Source: Nitrosopumilaceae archaeon (GTDB lineage Archaea > Thermoproteota > Nitrososphaeria > Nitrososphaerales > Nitrosopumilaceae). From it: a stretch of DNA of 64,000 nt. Of this stretch, positions 20,159-29,644 are shown piece by piece. The position numbers and the translations under genes are program-made. Position 1 is the first letter of the stretch. Each line of letters starts with the position of its first letter. The notes beneath the pieces are model-generated. The model was not told the DNA's origin. It searched no databases and worked only from the letters and a program-made list of their open reading frames with translations. The DNA lies in NCBI GenBank assembly GCA_965214835.1, contig CBDCCK010000002.1, positions 224,001 to 288,000 on the forward strand. The letters are read 5' to 3'.

Positions 20159-20390
20159 GTGAGTTGGCTTTATTCTGAACGTCAAACAGCTGCAGCGTAA
20201 GCAGATCAATGGCTTTTTTTAGGTGCTCAAACTCGTCAATTGAGTGAATCTGGCCCTCAGTCAGCGCCCTTAGCACCTTGACGACTCCCTTTTGATACTC
20301 GCCTGCAGCTACGATTTCCAGTGCGTTGATCTTGGACAGCATGTTATCCAAGTCCCTTTTCATCTCCTCGGCCGGCGCGTGCCTGTTCAT
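20127..20390 (-). CDS. Small helical hypothetical protein; C-terminus extended by MITE
   Basis: MKRDLDNMLSKINALE...; last residues RNRSGSGSCS read from the MITE junction onward. Confidence 0.72.
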   Translation of the reverse strand: MNRHAPAEEMKRDLDNMLSKINALEIVAAGEYQKGVVKVLRALTEGQIHSIDEFEHLKKAIDLLTLQLFDVQNKANSRNRSGSGSCS

Positions 20391-20419
20391 GCCTTCCCAC
20401 AGACTGCTTCCCATATGAA

Positions 20420-20578
20420 TCAGAGCAGGTCCTCGTCAATTCTTTTTATGCTGTCTGCATACTGCATGCATGTGCACTGGGGTATCTGGCACCTCCCCAG
20501 CTTCATCAAAGAGTCGCTGCCTGGCGACTCTAGATGGGCCCTGCCTGTGTGGTGGCATCTCTCACAGTTCATGGGCAT
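20420..20578 (-). CDS. Cys/His-rich microprotein (52 aa)
   Basis: MPMNCERCHHTGRAH...GRCQIPQCTCMQYADSIKRIDEDLL; starts 2 bp after the ADH stop. Confidence 0.7.
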   Translation of the reverse strand: MPMNCERCHHTGRAHLESPGSDSLMKLGRCQIPQCTCMQYADSIKRIDEDLL

Positions 20579-20580
20579 CC

Positions 20581-21618
20581 CTATGGAATCAGCACGGCAC
20601 GCGCGTCAATCTGTGAGTTTTTCAGCTTTTCCAAGACCTCGTTTGCCTGCTCTAGCGGATATGCCTCTGATACCACGTCCAAACCGTGCAGGTCGGCAAT
20701 CTTGACTACCTGCCTCATGTCCTCCACAGAGCCAATCAGCGTTCCTTTGACGGTTTTTTCCTCAAATGCCACAAACCCCGTAATCTCGCCAATTGTTGCT
20801 ATTACTACAAGCCCGCCCTTTTTGACTGCCTTGATTGCAGTGTCTGTGACCTGATCGTTTGGCGCAAGAACAATTGCGGCATCCAGCATGCCTGCCGTGC
20901 TCTTGATGTCCCCAAGCAGCGCGTCCTGGTTTTCCTGGTACCTTACCGTCCTGTCTGCCCCCAGCCTTTTTGCAACGTCCAGATGTCTTTGTGATCTGGT
21001 TATCGCCGTGACCTCAAAGCCGTCTACCTTTGCAAACTGGACTGCCATGTGGCCCACGCCTCCTATTCCAAAGATCCCCACCTTGCGTCGCGGTCCGGGC
21101 TCTGCGGCCTTTACTGCCTTGTATGCGGTAATTCCGGCACAAAATAGCGGCGCTGCATATTCTGGTCTCATCGTATCGGGAACCCTTACTGCAAAGTCCT
21201 CTGCCACTGTCACGTACTCGGCGTATCCGCCCTTGAGGGTCTCGCCCAAGATCTTCGAGTCATCACACAGGTTCTCCTTTCCCTCCATGCAATAGTCGCA
21301 CTCTTGGCATGACTCCAGCAGCGGGGAGACCCCCGCACGCTCTCCCACCTTGAATTTTGTAACGTCACTTCCCACCTCTACCACCTCTCCGACTATTTCG
21401 TGTCCCGGAACAGTTGGCAGTTGTGGGGGGATCCCCAACTCCTTCCAGTCCCCCTCTATTCCGTGCAGCTGCGAGTGACAGACCCCGCAGGCCTGAATCC
21501 TGATTAGGATTTCGTTCGTCCGCTGAATTTGGTGCTTTTCAATCTCTGACAGCCTCAGAGGCTTTGATTCAATGGGCCCTAGCCGCCCTAGAACCATGGC
21601 CTTCATTTTTTCTGGCAT
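20581..21618 (-). CDS. Zinc-dependent alcohol dehydrogenase (MDR family)
   Basis: CGVCHS, GHEIVG, CxxCxxCx7C, GIGGVG. Confidence 0.93.
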   Translation of the reverse strand: MPEKMKAMVLGRLGPIESKPLRLSEIEKHQIQRTNEILIRIQACGVCHSQLHGIEGDWKELGIPPQLPTVPGHEIVGEVVEVGSDVTKFKVGERAGVSPLLESCQECDYCMEGKENLCDDSKILGETLKGGYAEYVTVAEDFAVRVPDTMRPEYAAPLFCAGITAYKAVKAAEPGPRRKVGIFGIGGVGHMAVQFAKVDGFEVTAITRSQRHLDVAKRLGADRTVRYQENQDALLGDIKSTAGMLDAAIVLAPNDQVTDTAIKAVKKGGLVVIATIGEITGFVAFEEKTVKGTLIGSVEDMRQVVKIADLHGLDVVSEAYPLEQANEVLEKLKNSQIDARAVLIP

Positions 21619-21683
21619 GGGTCAGTGTCACTTTGTGCCAATATTAGATTAACCTTCCTTAGCTTTGACAAAAGTTTACCCCC

Positions 21684-21735
21684 TGCACAAAAGATTAGCT
21701 GTTTTTACGCATTCAGGTACGATCATACAGCAAGA
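21684..21735. repeat. MITE family C partial copy
   Basis: GCACAAAAGATTAGCTGTTTTTACGCATTCAGG matches family C core. Confidence 0.6.
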
Positions 21736-21774
21736 CGCGCTTGAAAAAGCCTTTTTCTATGACTAATCCGTCTA

Positions 21775-22868
21775 TACTGATGGTCATTGAAAATTTCGCC
21801 TGATCACACATCTTGTAAAGGTTTATAGCTCCCCACCATGTCACTCCCGGCATGAACAAGACGAAAATCCTCACGGATGCCATGCATGTCGAAAAGGATC
21901 TCAAGACTCACACCAGAATCATGGCGGTGCGCTCCGTACTGCTTGGCAACACCACCGCACATACTGCGGAGATTGCCGACGTGACACAGCGCACCGTACA
22001 GATGTGGGTTGAAAGGTTCGAGCTTGACGGCATCGAGGGCCTCCGTGACTCCCCCAACAGGGGCAAAAAACCAAAGGTTCCGGTCGGCAGGATAAAAAAG
22101 ATCGCCACGAGGCTGCGCAGGATGGAAAAGCTCACCCCGAAGAAGCTGTGCAACTGGGTACGCCACAGGCTGCATGTCACATACAGCGTGGGAAGCATCA
22201 GGAGGATCCTGCGCGCGATGGGGTTTTCGCTAAAGACATCAACTACCAAGCTGGCAGATGCTGCCGACGCAAAAGCTGTAAGACGGTGGCAAAGAGAGGC
22301 AAAAACTGCGATAAAGCTTGCAAAAAGGCGCGGATTTAGGATAACCGTACAGGACGAATCGATATTCGTCAGTACGGGAAGGGACGGCAAAAAGTTCTGG
22401 TCGCCCGTGGGGGACAGGATCGAGGTGGAACGATCCGGCAGAAGGGAGCGCGTCGTGGTATACGGGACGATTGCAGACGACGGAACCAGGCTGATGCGCA
22501 CGTACGACAGGTTCAACAGCGCAAACTTTGTGCATTATCTTAAACAGGCGCACAAAAAGTGGGGAAAGGTCCTGATGGTGATGGACAACGCAGCACAGCA
22601 CAAGACCAAAAAGGTCCGCAGATACCTAAAGAAAAATCCCGACGTTGTCTTGCTGTACCTGCCGGTAGCTAGGCCGGAGCTGAGCGCCATAGAGGCAGTC
22701 TGGAAGGATGCCAAGTACAGGCTGGTCACGTCTGCCTTTTACGACACGGTGGATCACCTCAAAAAGGCCGTCTCGGAATACTTTAGGACGTGTTCCATCA
22801 GGGTTGACATCTACAAGTATCTTGAGCGCAGCTTGTAAGGGAGGCGAAATTTTCAATGGTCATCAGTA
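21775..22868 (+). mobile_element. IS630-family insertion sequence, apparently complete
   Basis: 27-bp TIRs TACTGATG(GT/AC)CATTGAAAATTTCGCCT flanked by TA on both sides. Confidence 0.93.
21852..22838 (+). CDS. IS630-family transposase
   Basis: N-terminal HTH; QDES, MDNA, PELSAIEAVW catalytic triad in a single frame. Confidence 0.93.
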   Translation: MNKTKILTDAMHVEKDLKTHTRIMAVRSVLLGNTTAHTAEIADVTQRTVQMWVERFELDGIEGLRDSPNRGKKPKVPVGRIKKIATRLRRMEKLTPKKLCNWVRHRLHVTYSVGSIRRILRAMGFSLKTSTTKLADAADAKAVRRWQREAKTAIKLAKRRGFRITVQDESIFVSTGRDGKKFWSPVGDRIEVERSGRRERVVVYGTIADDGTRLMRTYDRFNSANFVHYLKQAHKKWGKVLMVMDNAAQHKTKKVRRYLKKNPDVVLLYLPVARPELSAIEAVWKDAKYRLVTSAFYDTVDHLKKAVSEYFRTCSIRVDIYKYLERSL

Positions 22869-22902
22869 TAGATTGTTATCCGAGTTCGAATGGCGGTATG
22901 CA

Positions 22903-23130
22903 ATGAATGAGAAAATCTCCTCTGAAGACATCGAAAGGGTAACCCTGCTGAAAATCGTCAGCGATGGGAGCCTAAAGGCGCTAAACTACGATCAGCTGAG
23001 GCGCCTGGAAGCACTGGTGCAAAAGAAGGACTACAGCCACGACAAAAAGGCCCACAAGTCAAAAGTGAAGCTGCTGGCAAAAATCAACGTCAGAATCTAC
23101 GAACTGCAGGAGGGAGGGGAGGGAATCTAA
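22903..23130 (+). CDS. Small hypothetical protein
   Basis: 75-aa ORF MNEKISSEDIERV... Confidence 0.65.
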   Translation: MNEKISSEDIERVTLLKIVSDGSLKALNYDQLRRLEALVQKKDYSHDKKAHKSKVKLLAKINVRIYELQEGGEGI

Positions 23131-23219
23131 AATACAGACGCAATGGTGCACTCAAAGGAGCACACCCTCAGCCCGCCCTGGAACCTTCTTCCGCACACCT
23201 TGCAGCTCTGCTTTGCCAT
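23127..23219 (-). CDS. 30-aa Zn-finger microprotein
   Basis: MAKQSCKVCGRRFQGGLRVCSFECTIASVF (CxxC...CSxxC). Confidence 0.6.
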   Translation of the reverse strand: MAKQSCKVCGRRFQGGLRVCSFECTIASVF

Positions 23220-23257
23220 GTCTTGTCTGGAGCTTTTTTCTAATTAAACACTTGCAA

Positions 23258-23335
23258 AATTAGACGCGACTAATTAGTCCCAACTAATTCAGTCGGTGTA
23301 GAAAATTAGCGCAAACTAATTAGGCGATTCTAATT
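23258..23335. promoter_or_regulatory. Array of four AATTAG-N6-CTAATT palindromes (putative operator)
   Basis: Perfect sites at 23258, 23272, 23304, 23318. Confidence 0.7.
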
Positions 23336-23373
23336 TTGAAATGCTTTAAATTGCTTTTTGGCATGTAGGCGTC

Positions 23374-23556
23374 ATGAGGATTGACTTGTGTAGGAGATGC
23401 GGCTCCGAAATGGGGGTCAGCGTGCGCTGTGATATTTGCCATGGCGCAAACGAGTTCCTTTGCAGCGAGTGTGGTGCGGCCAGCCAGAAGCAGGTCCACC
23501 TGCCCTGCATACTGATCAGCCTGCATTACGCCCTGCTAGGAGCGGGTGCGGCGTAG
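23374..23556 (+). CDS. Small multi-CxxC Zn-ribbon protein
   Basis: CRRCG, CDICH, CSECG, HxxC. Confidence 0.72.
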   Translation: MRIDLCRRCGSEMGVSVRCDICHGANEFLCSECGAASQKQVHLPCILISLHYALLGAGAA

Positions 23557-23587
23557 ATACAAATACCAATGAAATCCAAGGAATCCC

Positions 23588-25615
23588 GTGGCCGAAAACA
23601 GCCTAGTTCGCGAAACCAGCCCATATCTTTTGCAGCATGCGCACAATCCCGTGGACTGGCACTCTTGGAATGATGCTGCCCTTGCCAGGGCAAAAAGTGA
23701 AAACAAGCCCATTTTCCTGAGCATAGGGTACAGCTCGTGCCACTGGTGCCATGTAATGGCCCACGAATCGTTTGAAAACGACGACATTGCCAGGATAATG
23801 AACGAGCATTTTGTCAACATCAAGGTAGACAGGGAGGAGCGCCCCGACATTGATGACATTTATCAGAAGGCCTGCCAGATGGCTACCGGACAGGGCGGCT
23901 GGCCGCTGAGTGTGTTCCTGACGCCTGAGCAAAAACCCTTCCATGTCGGGACGTATTTTCCGGTTCTTGACTCCTACGGACGCCCCGGATTCGGCAGCAT
24001 CCTAAGGCAGATGGCCCAGGCCTGGAAGGAAAGGCCAGGCGAGATCAAAAAGGCAGCCGAAAGCTTTGTCGGCAGCCTCAGCCGTACAGAGCAGCCTCAG
24101 GCACCTTCAAAAATCGAGAGATCCCTTTTGGATGAGGCTGCAGTGAACCTCCTGCAGCTCGGAGATATCACAAACGGGGGATTCGGCTCTGCGCCAAAGT
24201 TTCCAAACGCAGCAAACATCTCCTTTATGTTCAGGTATGCAAGGCTGTCTGGAATAGCAAAGTTTCAGGAGTTTGCCCTAAAGACGCTAAACAGGATGGC
24301 GCGCGGGGGAATCTTTGATCAGATCGGGGGAGGATTCCACAGGTACTCCACCGATGCAAGGTGGCTGGTCCCTCACTTTGAAAAAATGCTGTATGATAAT
24401 GCGCTAATCCCCGTAAACTATGCAGAGGCCTACCAGATAACAGGGGATCCCCTGTACCTTGAAACCCTACAAAAGACGTTGGACTTTGTCTTACGCGAGA
24501 TGTCTTCTGGCGGCGGCGGTTTTTACTCCGCACAGGATGCCGATTCCGAAGGCAGCGAGGGTAGGTTCTATGTTTGGAAAAAGAGCGAAATCAGGGAAAT
24601 CCTGGGCGGCGATGCAGATGTGTTTTGCACGTATTATGACGTGACAGACGGCGGGAACTGGGAGGGCAACACGATACTGTGCAATAACCTCGACATCTCG
24701 GCAGTCTCGTTTCAGTCCGGGCTAGAGGAGTCAAGGGTGCGCGAAATTCTAAAGGACGGCGCCCGAAAACTGCTTGAGAGCAGAAACGGGCGCGTGCGGC
24801 CCGGACTGGATGACAAGATACTGACGTCCTGGAATGCTCTGATGATCACCGCGCTTGCAAAGGGGTACCGCGTGACCGACGACCCCAAGTACCTAGCGGC
24901 GGCCGAGGACTGCGTCTCCTTTATCAATGGCAGCCTCTTCCGGGACGAAAAGCTGCTTCGAACCCACAAGGACGGGGAGTCAAAAATCGACGGCTATCTG
25001 GAGGACTATGCGTACTTTGCCAACGCACTCCTTGATGTCTTTGAGATCAGCCCCGACGTCCGGCATCTTGAAAAGGCCCGGCTCCTTGCAGACTATCTCA
25101 TCGATCACTTCTGGGATGACGGGTCGGACAGCTTCTTTATGACTGCCGACAGCCACGAGCCCCTCATCATACGTCCAAAAAACAACCATGATCTCTCGCT
25201 TCCCTCTGGAAACTCCGTGGCAGCGCACCTGCTTTTGCGCCTCTATCACATGACCCAAAAACCCGACTATCTGAGGACATGTGAAAAAATCATGGGGTCG
25301 CAGGGGCAGATGGCAGCCGAAAACCCGTTTGGTTTTGGATACCTGCTCAATACGATCTACCTGTACCTGCAAAAGCCTACCGAGATTACGATTTTGGATG
25401 CCGACGGCAGGACCACCGCGGACATTTGCAAGCGCTACATTCCCGAATCAATTCTGGTATCGGTCAGATCCCCCAGGCAGCTTGAATCCCTCAAGTCAAT
25501 CGCATTTTTTGCAGGAAAGGAGTTCGACGACAGGCAGACCGTCTCATACGTGTGCAAGGACTTTACGTGCTCGCTACCCCTGAGATCAACCGAGGAGGTA
25601 ATCTCCCGGCTATGA
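23588..25615 (+). CDS. YyaL/SSP411 thioredoxin-domain protein (DUF255)
   Basis: [37 protein letters not shown]. Confidence 0.94.
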   Translation: MAENSLVRETSPYLLQHAHNPVDWHSWNDAALARAKSENKPIFLSIGYSSCHWCHVMAHESFENDDIARIMNEHFVNIKVDREERPDIDDIYQKACQMATGQGGWPLSVFLTPEQKPFHVGTYFPVLDSYGRPGFGSILRQMAQAWKERPGEIKKAAESFVGSLSRTEQPQAPSKIERSLLDEAAVNLLQLGDITNGGFGSAPKFPNAANISFMFRYARLSGIAKFQEFALKTLNRMARGGIFDQIGGGFHRYSTDARWLVPHFEKMLYDNALIPVNYAEAYQITGDPLYLETLQKTLDFVLREMSSGGGGFYSAQDADSEGSEGRFYVWKKSEIREILGGDADVFCTYYDVTDGGNWEGNTILCNNLDISAVSFQSGLEESRVREILKDGARKLLESRNGRVRPGLDDKILTSWNALMITALAKGYRVTDDPKYLAAAEDCVSFINGSLFRDEKLLRTHKDGESKIDGYLEDYAYFANALLDVFEISPDVRHLEKARLLADYLIDHFWDDGSDSFFMTADSHEPLIIRPKNNHDLSLPSGNSVAAHLLLRLYHMTQKPDYLRTCEKIMGSQGQMAAENPFGFGYLLNTIYLYLQKPTEITILDADGRTTADICKRYIPESILVSVRSPRQLESLKSIAFFAGKEFDDRQTVSYVCKDFTCSLPLRSTEEVISRL

Positions 25616-25930
25616 CGGCCTCATCTGTATGTCAATTACAGAGCCCACCCGGGGCCTGCCCATCCTCTCATACCTGCCCTTTGGCATGGCAACCGTGACT
25701 GATGTCTGCTGGTAGCTCTTCACCTTGATTGTGGGCTGCGCCTGCAAGATTGCCTCTAGTAGCGGGGTCACCTGTTTTTTGGTATCAGGATCCAGTTTCT
25801 TTGCGACTGACTCCATGATCATCTGCTTTTGCGAGATTGGCTCCGTATTGACATTTTCAACCAGCGTCATTTGTATGGCCTGCCCGTTGTCTATGATCTG
25901 GGTTACTCGAAAGTCGGTCATTTCAGACAT
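25610..25930 (-). CDS. Hypothetical protein, possibly arcadin-1-like
   Basis: 106-aa ORF; resemblance to arcadin-1 is from recalled pattern only. Confidence 0.6.
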   Translation of the reverse strand: MSEMTDFRVTQIIDNGQAIQMTLVENVNTEPISQKQMIMESVAKKLDPDTKKQVTPLLEAILQAQPTIKVKSYQQTSVTVAMPKGRYERMGRPRVGSVIDIQMRPS

Positions 25931-25962
25931 GTAACCTCTCACCCTCGCCTTTGCTTTTATCT

Positions 25963-26379
25963 CTAGTGCAGGAATCTCGGGATCTTCCTTACTATGTGCG
26001 CTATGGATATTCTTCCAGGGCCTATAACTATGACAACCAGGCTGGCTGCCAGCAAAATCAGGTCAAATTCTACCCCCCGGTCTCCCGTCAGGCTGGTCGC
26101 TCCCTTGATCAGGAATATTGCGCCTAGCATTACAATTGACAGCAACGAGGCCGAAAACCTTGTGAGGACTCCGACGATCAGTAGTATCCCCGGAACTAGT
26201 TCGGCTAGTGCGATGGGGATTTGCATTTCAGGCGGAATGCCCTGACTTTCAATGAATCCTGCAAACCCCGGCTGGAATTTGCCTACAGAATGTGCAATGA
26301 AAATCACCCCCACGGTCAGTCTTAGTCCAAAATGAGTAATGTCGTGCAGTATCTTTTGGTTAATCTCCGCCGTGGCCAT
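25963..26379 (-). CDS. DoxX family membrane protein
   Basis: LRLTVGVIFIAHSVGK, AELVPG, GVEFDL, GPGRIS. Confidence 0.9.
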   Translation of the reverse strand: MATAEINQKILHDITHFGLRLTVGVIFIAHSVGKFQPGFAGFIESQGIPPEMQIPIALAELVPGILLIVGVLTRFSASLLSIVMLGAIFLIKGATSLTGDRGVEFDLILLAASLVVIVIGPGRISIAHIVRKIPRFLH

Positions 26380-26424
26380 ATGCTTACCCTAGTGTACCTC
26401 TATATATTAAATTGGTGGCAGCAA

Positions 26425-26504
26425 TAGCCTGTTGCATAACCGCGCCTGAACGCGCAAAAACAGCTAATTTTTCGTGCCTAAAACCAGAATTGTGCAGCAG
26501 ACTA
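26425..26504. mobile_element. MITE family C copy
   Basis: TAGCCTGTTGCA / TGCAGCAGACTA ends; TSD GGCAGCAA/GGCAATAA. Confidence 0.8.
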
Positions 26505-26600
26505 GGCAATAACTGATGATCCCAATCAATCATCTAGAGCAAGGGGCAATAACGTGAGGGATCCCATGGACTACCGTGGCTACAGCATTATCCCTTTACC

Positions 26601-26734
26601 GGGGCTGTCGCCTAATTCCACTTATTTGACTCAACCTGCACGTTTTTCTGAATTTCCGCCCTTTTACACGCCTGATCCATATGGCAACTCAATGGTTTTC
26701 GGGAATTCTGATGAATTAGGCGACAACCCCCCCC
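26601..26734. mobile_element. MITE family H copy
   Basis: TIR GGGGCTGTCGCCTAATTC / GAATTAGGCGACAACCCC; TSD CCCTTTACC with poly-C expansion at the right junction. Confidence 0.85.
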
Positions 26735-26873
26735 CCCTTTACCTCCTTCCTTTCAACCTGCTCCAAGATTGAAAACCCCCTGCAGCCAGAGCACGGCAGG
26801 CCTTGTGTACAGTTGCCTAGATCAGAAATGCAGTGTGGCCGTACATGCCAAGGTTTGCTGGATGAATTTCGCC

Positions 26874-26966
26874 CTACCTTAAGGCAAACGCCAGACTGAA
26901 TATTGCAATTGCAATGGATGCCCCCACCCCGACAAAAAATATGATCTTGCTTCCATCAGGTATCAT
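26874..26966 (-). CDS. 30-aa single-TM microprotein
   Basis: MIPDGSKIIFFVGVGASIAIAIFSLAFALR; TATA-like TTATAG about 25 bp upstream. Confidence 0.5.
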   Translation of the reverse strand: MIPDGSKIIFFVGVGASIAIAIFSLAFALR

Positions 26967-27149
26967 GAACCTGTTTTTTTGCCTAAAACTATAATTGTTG
27001 CCTTGCTCTGATGATCTCTTGGCCCCGATCCTTTTGCTTAACCACCTGCAGCGTATGCTGCGGCCAGGACGTTCCCAGAATGGGGCCCGTTGCGGCTTGT
27101 TGCGAGCAATGGCTGTGCCCTGACAGGAGAGCGATGGTGTGTACTCGGC

Positions 27150-27497
27150 TCAGTTTTTCCCTCGCACGTCTTGTTTTGACGCCGAGCCACCCTCAGGGGC
27201 GCCTTCAGCCTGTTCCGAGTCTGACTCCAAAACCGCCTTTTTGATCTCATGTGCCTTTTCATCCATGATTCCGTTGAACTCCCTGATATCCTCAAGGCTG
27301 GGCGTAATCTGCTGATTCTGATAGATCTGCATAAAGCTGGAATATATGCTGCCTGCAATCATTCCAAAGGCCGTGTCCTCTACAGAGTCCGTATGCTCCC
27401 TGTATGCTACGGCCAAGTCCCTGTATGATGAGGCAGTCGAGACATAATAGTCAATCAGTCCCACGATGAACTCTTTGTTCTCCTTTGATATTACCAT
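27150..27497 (-). CDS. Hypothetical protein
   Basis: 115-aa ORF with TTTAATA box upstream. Confidence 0.72.
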   Translation of the reverse strand: MVISKENKEFIVGLIDYYVSTASSYRDLAVAYREHTDSVEDTAFGMIAGSIYSSFMQIYQNQQITPSLEDIREFNGIMDEKAHEIKKAVLESDSEQAEGAPEGGSASKQDVRGKN

Positions 27498-27541
27498 GCT
27501 CTTTGTAGTCTGCCCAAATTATTAAATTGATTCGCAGTTGG

Positions 27542-27718
27542 CAGTCTTGCATGGCCCTGATTTTAGGCACAGAAAGATTGTATGGGGTCACGTCCCCCAC
27601 CAGCTAGGCATAAAAATCACAGCAACATGCAAAACCGTGCCTAACTACCAAGGCAGGTGGCCTCGTACAAAAAATTAGCTGCTTTTACGCGTTCAGGCAA
27701 CGGTTATGCAACAAGCTG
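27542..27718. mobile_element. MITE family C copy carrying a nested family E MITE
   Basis: Outer TSD GCAGTTGG/GCAGCTGG; removing the inner element restores the family C core. Confidence 0.82.
27580..27668. mobile_element. MITE family E copy (nested)
   Basis: GTATGGGGTCAC...GTGGCCTCGTAC ends; TSD GAAAGATT/AAAAAATT. Confidence 0.8.
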
Positions 27719-27756
27719 GCAGCTGGAATACGTTTACAAATTACGACCATCCGAGT

Positions 27757-28212
27757 ATGGCCATGTGGAAGCTTGATCTTGAGGATTATTTTTACAAGGT
27801 TTATGACTCAAACAAGCAGATAGCTGGCTATTTTGATCCGGATTACGGAAGGATCCACTCCTCTGATGAGGAATTTGAGCAGATTCAGCAGATGCACAAA
27901 AATGCAGACAAGATAGCCCGCGGCTTTCTCACTCTTCCGATGGTCAAGTTCGGGATATTTGACCAGCAGTCCGCTCAGATCGGCGATCTGCAGGACAGGG
28001 TTGAACAGGCGAGCCTGAGAATCACCCACTGGGACAGATATCTGCAAGACTCCCCACTTGCCCATACGATTACCGTCTCTCATACGGATCCAGACATGCT
28101 GAGCATAACCCTTGAGGTTAAATTTCAGGATCACGTTCCTCTGGACAAGAAAATTCTTGGCCAAAGGCTTGGGCCTATCTTGGATCAGCTGCAGAGATTA
28201 GGTTTGCTATGA
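27757..28212 (+). CDS. Hypothetical protein
   Basis: 151-aa ORF. Confidence 0.7.
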   Translation: MAMWKLDLEDYFYKVYDSNKQIAGYFDPDYGRIHSSDEEFEQIQQMHKNADKIARGFLTLPMVKFGIFDQQSAQIGDLQDRVEQASLRITHWDRYLQDSPLAHTITVSHTDPDMLSITLEVKFQDHVPLDKKILGQRLGPILDQLQRLGLL

Positions 28213-28933
28213 ACCTGTTTGGAAGCCTTGTAATCATTATGTATGCCCCTACCGAGCCTGCCAGCAGCAGTCCCGAACCTATTGGAAACTCCGGCACCGC
28301 TGCATACTCCTCTGATTCGGCAACAAGGGCGTATTCTACAACATTTTCTGACCGCGCTTTGTCCTGGACGGGTACCACAAAGTGCGCAACATCGTCGCTT
28401 CTCAGATAGTCCGGCTCGGTCTGGAGTTTTGAGACTGCTGCAACGTTTCCATCCCTGTCATACAACGTTGCCACTATGGACACCGTGTTTGCGGTGATTT
28501 CACCGTTGTTGGCCACCGTCCCTGTAATCATGAGGTTGTTCAGCACATCCCTTTTCAGCTGCGAGTCGATGATCTCAATTACCTGGCTCTTTGGGGCGCT
28601 AATCTTGTAATCTAGATCTAGGCTGTAATCTGCCAAGTCTTTTGCCTGCATATCCACAAAGATTATGTCAAAGGGGACCCTCATTCCAGGAGATATGGTG
28701 CGGATCAGCGAGTTGGCGTGCGTTGTTGCTATTTGCTCGCCCTCGTCTGAGTAGAGAGTCGCCTCTATTGATACCTGGCTTATCGTATACGCCAGGTTGT
28801 TTTTGACCTCGCCTACTATATGCAGTGCCCCGTCGCTGCCAACATAGTGCTGATCCCTTTCAACGAACACCTCAGCTGAAGCACACGGTACTGCAAAAAG
28901 TAACAAAAACCCAAATACGAGACTCTTCATCAT
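28175..28933 (-). CDS. Exported protein with two FxLYD domains and a PEF-CTERM-like tail
   Basis: Signal peptide; GEVKN...ATLYSD and GTVANNG...ATLYDRDG; VPEFP followed by TM and Arg. Confidence 0.82.
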   Translation of the reverse strand: MMKSLVFGFLLLFAVPCASAEVFVERDQHYVGSDGALHIVGEVKNNLAYTISQVSIEATLYSDEGEQIATTHANSLIRTISPGMRVPFDIIFVDMQAKDLADYSLDLDYKISAPKSQVIEIIDSQLKRDVLNNLMITGTVANNGEITANTVSIVATLYDRDGNVAAVSKLQTEPDYLRSDDVAHFVVPVQDKARSENVVEYALVAESEEYAAVPEFPIGSGLLLAGSVGAYIMITRLPNRFIANLISAADPR

Positions 28934-28962
28934 TCTACCATATTTGTATTAAAATTAAAGAA

Positions 28963-29460
28963 TTATGGTTCCCTTATTCCAAGCTTTGCGCGGTTGAACT
29001 CCCCTAATGCCGCAGTCTCATACTCAAAGGACTCTTGGATTAGCGCGTCCGACCGCACCCTGTGCGCCTCATCCCCTGTTTGGATCCACAGCAGGTATTC
29101 CCTGTCGCTTTCAAGCTGCGACTCTGAGGACAGCCTGAACACCTCCACTGCAGTGCCAAATGTTTCTGGCGGGGCCAGGGAGTCGTATCTTGAAATCAAT
29201 TCCCCCATTCTTTTAAAGTGACCGTTTGCAAAATCTGCAAGCTCTTCCTCTGTCAGGTCTCCCTCCTCCCACCGGGTTATGTGGGAGACGAATTCCGACT
29301 GCTGCTCACTGACGCCCTCCTGTATCTCTAAAAGCTCGTTTCCAAAGACAAACCCTGCCTGCCTTGTCTGCTCTGCAGAGTAGCCATACCATGTAATGCC
29401 GCCTATGAATGCCAGTGCAATCACCGCCACAATGATGTTTTGCTTTTGCTTCTTCCTCAA
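28963..29460 (-). CDS. Membrane-anchored helical hypothetical protein
   Basis: Basic N-terminus, one TM helix, soluble domain. Confidence 0.72.
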   Translation of the reverse strand: MRKKQKQNIIVAVIALAFIGGITWYGYSAEQTRQAGFVFGNELLEIQEGVSEQQSEFVSHITRWEEGDLTEEELADFANGHFKRMGELISRYDSLAPPETFGTAVEVFRLSSESQLESDREYLLWIQTGDEAHRVRSDALIQESFEYETAALGEFNRAKLGIREP

Positions 29461-29644
29461 TGCTGTTAGAGGTGAAAAACATCTTTGATATTAATTTTGT
29501 AAAGGCAGACAGTACCGGGCTGCCGGTATCGGCAGGATATGCACGGTGTGTAACGTCCTCGGCCCCGTTTCTGTTCACGTACGTGCTCGCACAGGCATAC
29601 GTGGCAAATGCACACCAGAAAGCACGAGGCAAGGCTCCTGGAAT

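Noticed and set aside
26554-26772. 72-aa ORF
   Set aside because: Mostly the family H MITE and its poly-C tract
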